A program made the translations under genes and the position numbers. Source: a virus (Duplodnaviria > Caudoviricetes). From it: a stretch of 27,400 bases of DNA. The stretch is from the IMG/VR virus record IMGVR_UViG_3300030107_000109, positions 1 to 27,400 of that record. One strand, 5' to 3'. The notes beneath the pieces were generated by a model. The model made no database searches. It was not told the DNA's origin and saw nothing but the letters and a program-made list of their open reading frames with translations. Positions 1-7,051 of this stretch are shown here, piece after piece (within the stretch, counting starts at the first letter, position 1; each line of letters begins with the position of its first letter).

Positions 1-98
1 TTAATATCATCAACACCTGCTAACGATTGTCTTGTACTATGTCTTAACATTCCTATAAAATCTGTTGCTATTTCTAAAGTTTGATTATATACTTGTTG
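1..98. repeat. Terminal overlap, copy 1 (circular assembly)
   Basis: 1-98 is identical to 27302-27399; only the last base (27400 a vs 99 c) differs. Confidence 0.97.
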
Positions 99-389
99 CT
101 CGTTGTTTTTATTGTCTATTAGCTTTGTTAATCCTTTTGCATTGTAGGTTTGCCAATTATCTTTCTCGCTAACTAAATCACAAATAAATATTTGAAAGTT
201 ATAAGTAAGCTGTGCATCACCTGTTGTAACATTAACAGGATTAATATGCAACAAAGGCATTTTTTCCATTTTCTCTAAATTAATATCAAAAATATCACCC
301 ACAGAAACTGTTTCTATTTGGTCGTGATACTCCCCTAGTCTTGCTAGAGTTTCTATTACGTTGTTGTATGTCTTATTGGTTACTGCCAT
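1..389 (-). CDS. N-terminal part of a junction-spanning putative tail terminator/completion protein (182 aa in total, continues 27301-27142)
   Basis: Missed by the ORF track. ATG at 389, MAVTNKTYNNVIETLARLGEYHDQIETVSVGDIFDINLEK..., open through the junction into MLRHSTRQ...EPFSERFDNLLCG; 549 nt = 183 codons. Function inferred from size and context. Confidence 0.75.
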   Translation of the reverse strand, partial: MAVTNKTYNNVIETLARLGEYHDQIETVSVGDIFDINLEKMEKMPLLHINPVNVTTGDAQLTYNFQIFICDLVSEKDNWQTYNAKGLTKLIDNKNNEQQVYNQTLEIATDFIGMLRHSTRQSLAGVDDI

Positions 390-630
390 ATTTTACTCTA
401 TTTTGTGAATCTAATTCCGTTTCATACGTTAGCCAAGTTAAACACTCATAAAGATTTAATTTGGTTACTGCTTCTAAATTTACTATTTGCCCTCCTGCTA
501 GTCTATACATCACTCCGAACCAATTCCATTGACTTGCAAAATCTTCGGTTGCTATTGCTGTTTCGTTTCCTTCATGCTGCGAATCAAAGATAACTCCAAA
601 GTCATTAACAACCCCTTTACGAAAATCCAA
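373..630 (-). CDS. C-terminal (-1 frame) extension of the putative tail assembly chaperone, lambda gpT-like
   Basis: Frame opens with TTG inside the T9 run (629-637) of the upstream gene; helical WNWFGVMYRLAGG...LTWLTYE segment. Confidence 0.7.
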   Translation of the reverse strand: MDFRKGVVNDFGVIFDSQHEGNETAIATEDFASQWNWFGVMYRLAGGQIVNLEAVTKLNLYECLTWLTYETELDSQNRVKYGSNQ

Positions 631-1154
631 AAAAAAACCAGGGCAGATTGCACTTGCTCCGAACTCATTTTTTTCATCTCTTCCGCCCTCTTATCTATTT
701 TGCCATCATAGGGTTCAATAGTATAAAACCCATTCTCTCCCTCTTCAATAATTGGCCTGTAAAGAATTGCCATTACATTTGCTAAATTTTGCTGCAAATC
801 ATTTTTCATAAAAGCCTCTATATCAGCGTACTCACCTAATGTTATATCTGATAGGCTAGGATGAAATCCGTATCTTTTGCCATTTATCTCAATTATCTTT
901 TTTAAAGAACTATTTGCCTTTTTTTGTAACTCTGCTATCTTACTTAATATTAATGCTACATCTTGTATCCCTAATTGGTTAATCAGCTTTTTAGGAATGT
1001 CTGATAAAAGTGCTATGGTTTCTAACGCCTCTTTACTTTTATCATTGTCATTAATGTTTATTAATTTAATCCACTTCTCTAATGTTACATCCTCCCAACT
1101 CTCAATTAATTTGTACTGCTTTTTTTTACCCTTTTTTTTAATTGCAACTTTCAT
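552..1154 (-). CDS. Putative tail assembly chaperone, lambda gpG-like, short form 200 aa
   Basis: Acidic helical protein with duplicated WEDVTLEKW / LSDITLGEY motif; ends in slippery GTT TTT TTT TGG; first gene of the tail operon. Confidence 0.65.
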   Translation of the reverse strand: MKVAIKKKGKKKQYKLIESWEDVTLEKWIKLININDNDKSKEALETIALLSDIPKKLINQLGIQDVALILSKIAELQKKANSSLKKIIEINGKRYGFHPSLSDITLGEYADIEAFMKNDLQQNLANVMAILYRPIIEEGENGFYTIEPYDGKIDKRAEEMKKMSSEQVQSALVFFWIFVKGLLMTLELSLIRSMKETKQQ

Positions 1155-1158
1155 CTAA

Positions 1159-1189
1159 TATATAATAGAAATTGTTAATATTTAGTTTT
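1159..1189 (-). promoter_or_regulatory. Putative phage late promoter (tail operon)
   Basis: TCTATTATATA (1169-1159), 4 nt before the ATG at 1154; the upstream box is weaker (AAAACT). Confidence 0.7.
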
Positions 1190-1204
1190 TTTTTATTATC
1201 TTTG
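1172..1204 (+). promoter_or_regulatory. Bacteroidota housekeeping-sigma promoter, plus strand
   Basis: TTG(1172-1174)-N22-TATCTTTG(1197-1204); -7 box identical to that of the early promoter at 9775-9782. Confidence 0.65.
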
Positions 1205-1208
1205 CCGC

Positions 1209-1256
1209 GTTTTCATTTCTCTTGTTAGGGGGTTGGCGTAATGCCGCCCCTTTTTT
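1209..1256 (+). ncRNA. Candidate ~48-nt small RNA
   Basis: Promoter upstream and plus-oriented intrinsic terminator downstream, no ORF; GUUUUCAUUUCUCUUGUUA followed by a hairpin. Confidence 0.55.
1228..1256 (+). terminator. Intrinsic terminator, plus orientation
   Basis: GGGGGTTGGC-GTAAT-GCCGCCCC followed by T6; no U-tract on the minus strand. Confidence 0.75.
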
Positions 1257-2457
1257 ATTGCACAAAATACTTACCTGCATTTGGATTATCTAAATGATAT
1301 ATAACGTTATATCTAATGCCATCTATTGCATGATTGTAATTGTCTATGTATAACTTAGAGCCTTTGTCCTGATAAGCGTAATTATTCAACTCCTTAGCTA
1401 TATTAGTTGATTCAGGTGTTATGACTAATTCATAATCTTGCATTCTAGTTATGCCGCTTTCAATAGTTCCTTTTTTAACAGGCTTTATATTTACTCCTAA
1501 ATGTTTTAAGTCTGCTATTAGTCTAGGTTCTGCTGAATCTGCAATAATAAGTGTATTGCCTACTTTGTCTAATATTAACTTAGCTAGGTCATGGCTCTTT
1601 AATCCATTTTTATAAATATGCTCTTTAAGATATATCTTCATCTTCCTTTTGTCTATTGCGACTTCTGTTAAACTATCAGGGTCAACACTAAATCCAAAAT
1701 CCATTCCACATGATGTCTGCAATCCATCAGGATTAAACTCTCCTATACTCCAATTATCAAACACAACACCCTCTGCTTTGTCTAGCCATCCACCCATTAT
1801 TTTATGCTGATACTTTTTAAAGTTTCTATCCTTTATAGCCTTAATACGCTCTAAAAAGCTGTTAGAGAGGTTTTCTTTATTATCTAGGTATGTACTATGG
1901 ATATAGCATACATTGTCTTTAACGCCATTAAAACCTGCCTCTACGCCTTTGTCTTGAAAAAACCTATTGTATATCCAATGCTCTTTGGTTACAGGATTTA
2001 ATATTAACACTATTCTATTTTGTATATTCTTTTCTCTAATACTTAAATCAATAGTATCAAAAATATCTTCATCTATTAATTCCTCTGCTTCATCTAATAC
2101 CCAACAGCTAATGCCTTGTAAAGATTTTAAACTTGCAGTTTGGTTTCCTGCTGAGGTCTTAATACCTCTAAATAATATATCGGATTTGTTTTTAAGATTA
2201 ACCACCTCTGCTTTGTTTACGCTAAAAATATTCTCATATCCTAATAGTTGTATCTTTTCTAAAAACTCAGGTATTATTGATAGATGTGCAGATACCATTG
2301 TATAACGAGTAAACAAAACCCTAATTCCCTCTGCCATAGTTAGCAAAGTTAAAAACACTGTTACTGCAAATGATTTGCCTGAGCCTCTACCACCTGTAAT
2401 AATAAAGTATCTAGCATCAGATGTAAATAATGGATTGTATTTTTTATTCAGATTCAG
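1255..2457 (-). CDS. terL: Terminase large subunit (PBSX-like)
   Basis: Walker A ITGGRGSGKS lies upstream of the track's GTG at 2358; Walker B WVLDEAEE, LNP motif, nuclease GMDFGFSVDP and NHAIDGIRY. Start is uncertain (CTG at 2457 or 2451). Confidence 0.93.
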   Translation of the reverse strand: MNLNKKYNPLFTSDARYFIITGGRGSGKSFAVTVFLTLLTMAEGIRVLFTRYTMVSAHLSIIPEFLEKIQLLGYENIFSVNKAEVVNLKNKSDILFRGIKTSAGNQTASLKSLQGISCWVLDEAEELIDEDIFDTIDLSIREKNIQNRIVLILNPVTKEHWIYNRFFQDKGVEAGFNGVKDNVCYIHSTYLDNKENLSNSFLERIKAIKDRNFKKYQHKIMGGWLDKAEGVVFDNWSIGEFNPDGLQTSCGMDFGFSVDPDSLTEVAIDKRKMKIYLKEHIYKNGLKSHDLAKLILDKVGNTLIIADSAEPRLIADLKHLGVNIKPVKKGTIESGITRMQDYELVITPESTNIAKELNNYAYQDKGSKLYIDNYNHAIDGIRYNVIYHLDNPNAGKYFVQ

Positions 2458-2704
2458 TTTCTACAAAGTTTATTAATGGCATGTTGATTGTTTCCTCATT
2501 TGATGTTACATCTACCCTTTGTTGTGGTTTGCCATAAAAATACTCAAAGAATAATTTTACCGCCCATTGTTCTTTTTTCTCTAATCCTTTTCTAAGTGAT
2601 TCCAAGGCCATTGGATTCATCGGTGTTAGATTCTCTATTAGCTTTTGTTCTTCTGCCTTAGCCTTACGCCCTGCTCCTGCTCGTTTGCCTCCATGTGTGT
2701 TCAT
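2444..2704 (-). CDS. terS: Putative terminase small subunit
   Basis: GGKRAGAGRK N-terminus and YGKPQQRVDVTS C-terminus; overlaps the terL start. Confidence 0.7.
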   Translation of the reverse strand: MNTHGGKRAGAGRKAKAEEQKLIENLTPMNPMALESLRKGLEKKEQWAVKLFFEYFYGKPQQRVDVTSNEETINMPLINFVETESE

Positions 2705-2735
2705 TTTGAAATATTTTGATTAATCAAGTCTATAT

Positions 2736-2766
2736 TATATAATAGAAACTTACTTGAATTCATTTG
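2736..2766 (-). promoter_or_regulatory. Putative phage late promoter (terminase)
   Basis: CAAATG-N14-TCTATTATATA. Confidence 0.7.
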
Positions 2767-3133
2767 GCAACATTAATCTTATACCTAGTTCTGTTAATGC
2801 CCATATCCTTATTTGTTCGGCATATACTTCAAACTCTCCTGTGTTCATTCTTGCCGTACTATTTATTATTTGTAATCCTATCTGCCTTTCGTTTATCTCT
2901 ATACTTTGCCACTCGCTTGAAAACTTAATTTTTAAAGTATCATGCATTTCATCAGGAAAGTATCCTAGCTCTTCTGCTAATGGTTGTACTATACATGCCC
3001 AATAGTAATTGTTTTGCATATTGCTTCTATTGTTTCTTTGCTTCTTTACTTTTACTATATAATCAGTTTCTAACTCTTTAAGATAATTAAAAAGCGATTG
3101 TTTATCTTGACTGCTTTTAATTACGAAATTCAT
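2750..3133 (-). CDS. NinB-like protein
   Basis: RSNMQNNYYW and STARMNTGEF motifs. Confidence 0.7.
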   Translation of the reverse strand: MNFVIKSSQDKQSLFNYLKELETDYIVKVKKQRNNRSNMQNNYYWACIVQPLAEELGYFPDEMHDTLKIKFSSEWQSIEINERQIGLQIINSTARMNTGEFEVYAEQIRIWALTELGIRLMLPNEFK

Positions 3134-3335
3134 ATTGTATATATTTGCGTGTTATACTATTTTCACGTCTTTGCTTAAATTCCTCTCTAAGTATTTTAGT
3201 AATCCTTGTATGTGCAACATCAAACTTATTTGTCATTTCTTTTAGGCTGTTTGCATTTGGATTGTTAAAGTAATATTCAACAACCTTTTTTGCTAGTGCC
3301 TTTGGGTTCTTTGGTATTCTAGGTTTAGTTTTCAT
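3117..3335 (-). CDS. Small HTH-like protein
   Basis: SLKEMTNKFDVAHTRITKIL helix-turn-helix pattern. Confidence 0.55.
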   Translation of the reverse strand: MKTKPRIPKNPKALAKKVVEYYFNNPNANSLKEMTNKFDVAHTRITKILREEFKQRRENSITRKYIQYEFRN

Positions 3336-3589
3336 TAGTCAAATGATTCATTTATTCCACGTTCTCCTATTAGCTTTTCTTTTGCTCCATCCCATAATTT
3401 GTCATGGCGTTTTTTTTTACTTAGTGATGCTTCAGTTCTTTTTAAGCTAGGCATTCCATCAAGAGGTTCACTATCCATATATTTACCACATTTACACATT
3501 ACATCAGCAACCCATTTACCATCCCTAAAGACTATGGTTGCTTTGCTTACTTCTTTTTCTTCTCCGCATGGGCATTTATATAATGTCAT
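3335..3589 (-). CDS. Zinc-ribbon hypothetical protein
   Basis: CPCG...CKCG; coupled to both neighbours. Confidence 0.6.
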   Translation of the reverse strand: MTLYKCPCGEEKEVSKATIVFRDGKWVADVMCKCGKYMDSEPLDGMPSLKRTEASLSKKKRHDKLWDGAKEKLIGERGINESFD

Positions 3590-3846
3590 AACTTGCCTCC
3601 TGTTTGTGCTAATCCGCCTGTTCTTGTTTTGCTTTTACCATAAATCCTTTCTAATTCAAAATGCAAATGACTTATTGCTTTGCGTATATCCTGCTCGGCA
3701 GGGTTTCCCTCTTTTTTCCCTGCTCTTAAAAGATATGTAATGGCAGTTCCTAAATTATAACTATCCGCTTGAAAGTCTTCGACAACTTTCCTGGCTTCTA
3801 TTTTATAAGTTTTTCCAATATAGTAACTCGGTATTTCTTTATTCAT
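3586..3846 (-). CDS. DUF3310 / SaV-like (T7 gp1.7-like) protein
   Basis: PSYY...YNLGTAITYLLRAGKK...DIRKAISHL. Confidence 0.8.
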   Translation of the reverse strand: MNKEIPSYYIGKTYKIEARKVVEDFQADSYNLGTAITYLLRAGKKEGNPAEQDIRKAISHLHFELERIYGKSKTRTGGLAQTGGKL

Positions 3847-3968
3847 TTTTTATTGTTTTTTATTTTATAATACATGTAACTAGCAAAAGGCGTTCCTAAT
3901 AACAAAGTCAATAAGCTAGGATGCGGCTCTCCGCAAAGCCCTGTTATATGTTTTAGTGCTTCAAGCAT
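3843..3968 (-). CDS. 41-aa membrane micro-protein
   Basis: MLEALKHITGLCGEPHPSLLTLLLGTPFASYMYYKIKNNKK; fills the gap, ATGA overlap with the next gene. Confidence 0.7.
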   Translation of the reverse strand: MLEALKHITGLCGEPHPSLLTLLLGTPFASYMYYKIKNNKK

Positions 3969-4359
3969 ATTTATTATATAGTTTTTTTATTCCATCAAAG
4001 CATGTAGCTATACAACTGCCACAATTTGTAGTAGGGCTGTAAGAAGTCATATGTATTACGTTGTAGGTTTCTATCATTCTTTTTTTTGCTTGTACGTCTT
4101 TTGCCCTGCCTGTTTTTAAGTCTTTCCACATGTCTAATATTTCATCTATTATTTCCTGTGGCAAATCATCAGGTGTTTCTATCTCAGTTGTTTTTTGCCA
4201 TTTTTTTTGTGGGCATTCCATAGGGGCTAATCTACATTTTAGCTTCATAAAACACAAACAAACCTTGCATGTACCTGTTGGCTTAAAATAATAAACACAT
4301 GACTTGCATATTTCTAGCCTATCCTCATACACATTATTTGGCACAAAAAACTTATTCAT
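3961..4359 (-). CDS. Cys-rich hypothetical protein (DUF6171-like N-terminus)
   Basis: RLEICKSC..CKVCLC..CP..KW plus C-terminal NCGSC. Confidence 0.6.
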   Translation of the reverse strand: MNKFFVPNNVYEDRLEICKSCVYYFKPTGTCKVCLCFMKLKCRLAPMECPQKKWQKTTEIETPDDLPQEIIDEILDMWKDLKTGRAKDVQAKKRMIETYNVIHMTSYSPTTNCGSCIATCFDGIKKLYNKYA

Positions 4360-4933
4360 TTAATTTTTTCTTTAATATATTTCTAACCTTATCTATTGTT
4401 GTAAATATACTATTCCTGCTTATTTTTGTTTTTTTATGTATTTTATCTAGTGTGCTGCCCTCTTCATAATAATAAAGCTTAAATAATTCCCTATCGTACC
4501 AATAATCAAGCTTATCCAACTCCTTATCAATCAATTCTAACCTTTCTAATTTTGTATTATCTACCTCTTCATTCGGAATGTTATGTAAACTTTTATTAAC
4601 ATTATTATCAAAGTATATATTATCATCGTTATAGGTACAACTAAGAGTGTAAATAGAACTATCAATATGTGTGTAATACTTCTCATACTTATAATAAAAA
4701 TTGCTTCTAGTGCTTGTTAATGCTCTCCTTAAAGCAACTGCCCCATATCTTGTTACTCCTAATATTCCATCCTTTTCATATATGCCCTTTAAAATATCAG
4801 GATTCATTTGTAAAAAATAAAGCATTAATTCCTGCACCGCTTCATTAACTTTGTTTTCATCTGTTGTTAATCCGTAAGCCATAGTCCTAAACTTATCTGT
4901 TAATTTAGCTATTTCTAAATATATCTCAGTCAT
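4352..4933 (-). CDS. Phage sigma-70/ECF-like transcription factor
   Basis: Region-2-like EAVQELMLYF and region-4 HTH (RELFKLYY...TLDKIHKKTKISRNSIFTTIDKVR). Confidence 0.72.
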   Translation of the reverse strand: MTEIYLEIAKLTDKFRTMAYGLTTDENKVNEAVQELMLYFLQMNPDILKGIYEKDGILGVTRYGAVALRRALTSTRSNFYYKYEKYYTHIDSSIYTLSCTYNDDNIYFDNNVNKSLHNIPNEEVDNTKLERLELIDKELDKLDYWYDRELFKLYYYEEGSTLDKIHKKTKISRNSIFTTIDKVRNILKKKLNE

Positions 4934-5282
4934 GTTTAGGCTCTACTCTATTAAGCTTTTCTACAACCTCATGTAGCATTTCATCTAACACAACTCTATA
5001 TGCTCTAACTACTGCCGCATTAGTCTTTGTTTCAACACCTGCAAAAAAGCCATTTGTAGCTACTGATAAGTTTATCGGAATAATCATAATCCAATCGTAA
5101 AAGTTGTTTTCATGTGTTCCATTTCCATAATTATTTGAGTACTCTATAATCACGTCTACAACTTCTAAATAATTATTGTATTTTGCCTTTGTTGCAACCT
5201 CTTGGGCAAATTGTTTGCACATTGTAATATAAACATCTATAATAGATTTGTGTTCTTCATTTGCGTATATTGGTATGTGCAT
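4926..5282 (-). CDS. Hypothetical protein
   Basis: 118-aa ORF overlapping the start of the sigma-like gene. Confidence 0.7.
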   Translation of the reverse strand: MHIPIYANEEHKSIIDVYITMCKQFAQEVATKAKYNNYLEVVDVIIEYSNNYGNGTHENNFYDWIMIIPINLSVATNGFFAGVETKTNAAVVRAYRVVLDEMLHEVVEKLNRVEPKHD

Positions 5283-5286
5283 ACGC

Positions 5287-5312
5287 CAAATTTATAATAA
5301 ATGTTTACTCAA
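5287..5312 (-). promoter_or_regulatory. Bacteroidota -7 box upstream of the sigma operon
   Basis: TAAATTTG (5294-5287), 4 nt before the ATG at 5282; nearest TTG is only 15 nt upstream. Confidence 0.5.
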
Positions 5313-5715
5313 TTCCCTTTTCTTTTTTTAAGTTTTTAACAGCTTCTTTGTAATAACTTATCTTTTCCTCATAATCTACCCTAGAAAACTTTTGTGTTTG
5401 CCTAGATTTAATCTGTAAACTTTCAGCAGTTCCCTCTCCATATTGAGCGTCTAAATTAATACCGAACTGATATTGTCTGCCTTGGCCATAAAGATTATCA
5501 GCTATTGATTGAGGTTGTACGTTAATTTTATCCCACCTTGTAGATAAGCATTTCCTAGACATAAAATGTCCTGCATGAATATTCTTATAGTGATAGTAAC
5601 GCCCTGATGTATAACACTTTACAAAACCCAAATCATCAGCATCTCTAAGCCTAATGTAAAGACTAAACCATTTGTCAAGTTCTTTTTTTAATTTGCTAAT
5701 TGACTTTTTTACCAT
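5305..5715 (-). CDS. NinG/Rap-like HNH-fold endonuclease
   Basis: LDKWFSLYIRLRD, HAGHFMSR, TRWD..NV motifs. Confidence 0.85.
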   Translation of the reverse strand: MVKKSISKLKKELDKWFSLYIRLRDADDLGFVKCYTSGRYYHYKNIHAGHFMSRKCLSTRWDKINVQPQSIADNLYGQGRQYQFGINLDAQYGEGTAESLQIKSRQTQKFSRVDYEEKISYYKEAVKNLKKEKGIE

Positions 5716-5984
5716 ATTGATTTTTGCACAAATTGTTTAGGCGGTGCATTGTATATATATTTTGCAATAGTAGTGTTTCTGCCAAATCTAGTTTTTTTTG
5801 TTAATGGCTTACTATCTATATTATAGCCCTCTTTTCTATGGTTAAATATAATAGCTGACAATCTAGTTGCTCCATACTCTTTTATTGCTTCATAGCTTGT
5901 AATACTACCATATGTTTTTAAATGCCATAAAACTGCATCTGATTGTGATTTTACCTCATGTTGTTTAATTGTAATTGTTTTCAT
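5709..5984 (-). CDS. Winged-HTH protein (HTH_39-like)
   Basis: HLKTYGSITSYEAIKEYGATRLSAIIFNHRKEGY; start moved to the ATG at 5984. Confidence 0.75.
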   Translation of the reverse strand: MKTITIKQHEVKSQSDAVLWHLKTYGSITSYEAIKEYGATRLSAIIFNHRKEGYNIDSKPLTKKTRFGRNTTIAKYIYNAPPKQFVQKSIW

Positions 5985-6043
5985 TGTCTTATTTGTCTTA
6001 TTAGCCACATTGCAATGGCTGTTATTAATACCCACCCTATCAT
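5981..6043 (-). CDS. 20-aa single-TM micro-peptide
   Basis: MIGWVLITAIAMWLIRQIRQ; starts 1 nt after the MTase stop, ATGA overlap downstream. Confidence 0.6.
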   Translation of the reverse strand: MIGWVLITAIAMWLIRQIRQ

Positions 6044-6044
6044 A

Positions 6045-6686
6045 TTAAAATAGTTCTATTTGATTAATATTTTCTTTTCTTACTACCCCTAACATTGTTT
6101 CAAATATAGTTTTACCTACTTCATAATCTACAAGGTTTCTAGCTATTTTTTGAACTGATTGATTTCCTTTATATTTTCTAAAATTGTAATCATGAAATTC
6201 ACACCATTTACATACCTCGTCTTTACTTTCCATTATACTACCTTTTCTTTGTCCTAAATTATAAGGTAAATTAAAATTAGTCCAATACAAATGTCTGCCT
6301 CTTTTATGTGCTGTTATTAATGGTTCGTAATATGGTATTACGTTTTCAACACAATATTTACCTTTAAACCATTTTTGTAAAAATAATATTTCTTCGTAAA
6401 GCTTCATATCAGGATAAACTGGTTTTGTTGTTTCTTTTCTTGCAAATCTAGCCCTAGAATGTGTAGGACAAGGTGGTGAACTCCATATAAAATCATATTC
6501 CTTGTAATGTTCTAACAAGTATTTATGTGCGTCAGATATAATTACTTTATCATTTGGAAACCTCTCTTGATATAATCTAGCACATTCAGGGTCAAGTTCT
6601 ACTGCTGTTACTTCAATATCATCTTTTACCTCATTCCACTTGTATCGGTTACCACCAAGACAAGCATATAAATTTAATATCTTCAT
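6045..6686 (-). CDS. Compact DNA (cytosine-5)-methyltransferase-like protein
   Basis: Motif I LNLYACLGG, motif IV SPPCPTHS, motif VI VENV, motif X-like RNLV. Confidence 0.8.
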   Translation of the reverse strand: MKILNLYACLGGNRYKWNEVKDDIEVTAVELDPECARLYQERFPNDKVIISDAHKYLLEHYKEYDFIWSSPPCPTHSRARFARKETTKPVYPDMKLYEEILFLQKWFKGKYCVENVIPYYEPLITAHKRGRHLYWTNFNLPYNLGQRKGSIMESKDEVCKWCEFHDYNFRKYKGNQSVQKIARNLVDYEVGKTIFETMLGVVRKENINQIELF

Positions 6687-7051
6687 CTTAATAGTTTTGG
6701 TTCATCTCTATAATGCGGAACTTGTTTTGGATTCTCGCCTTTGTCCACCCTTGCCCTAGCATCCCATATAAGCTGTTGATGCTTTCTAAGCCACTTTATA
6801 TAGGTAGGCACGTTAAAGTGTATAAAATCGCCTGTATTAGGGCTTCTTACGCCTAAATTAAATGCGTTTTCTGCATCTTCAAAATAAAAGTTTTTATACA
6901 TTCTTTTTAAATCAGTTGCTAGGCTTTGAGCCATTATAGATATTGTATCCTCTTCTACGTTATTTTGTCCTAATTCTATGTATGTTTTGCTAACTAAATC
7001 AACAGAACACATTAGCAAATCTTCATTAGACATTGTTTTAATTATTCTCAT
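6683..7051 (-). CDS. Hypothetical replication accessory protein (possible helicase loader)
   Basis: Directly follows the initiator; ATG at 7051; function from position only. Confidence 0.5.
   Translation of the reverse strand: MRIIKTMSNEDLLMCSVDLVSKTYIELGQNNVEEDTISIMAQSLATDLKRMYKNFYFEDAENAFNLGVRSPNTGDFIHFNVPTYIKWLRKHQQLIWDARARVDKGENPKQVPHYRDEPKLLR

Noticed and set aside
1228-1256. Hairpin as the terL terminator
   Set aside because: The U-tract is on the plus strand only, though a minus-strand stabilising role cannot be excluded
2461-2466. Genome-wide TAG recoding, suggested by TTG-TAG before terL and the rarity of TAG stops
   Set aside because: All long genes are intact under code 11, no other in-frame TAG interruptions were seen, and no suppressor tRNA was found
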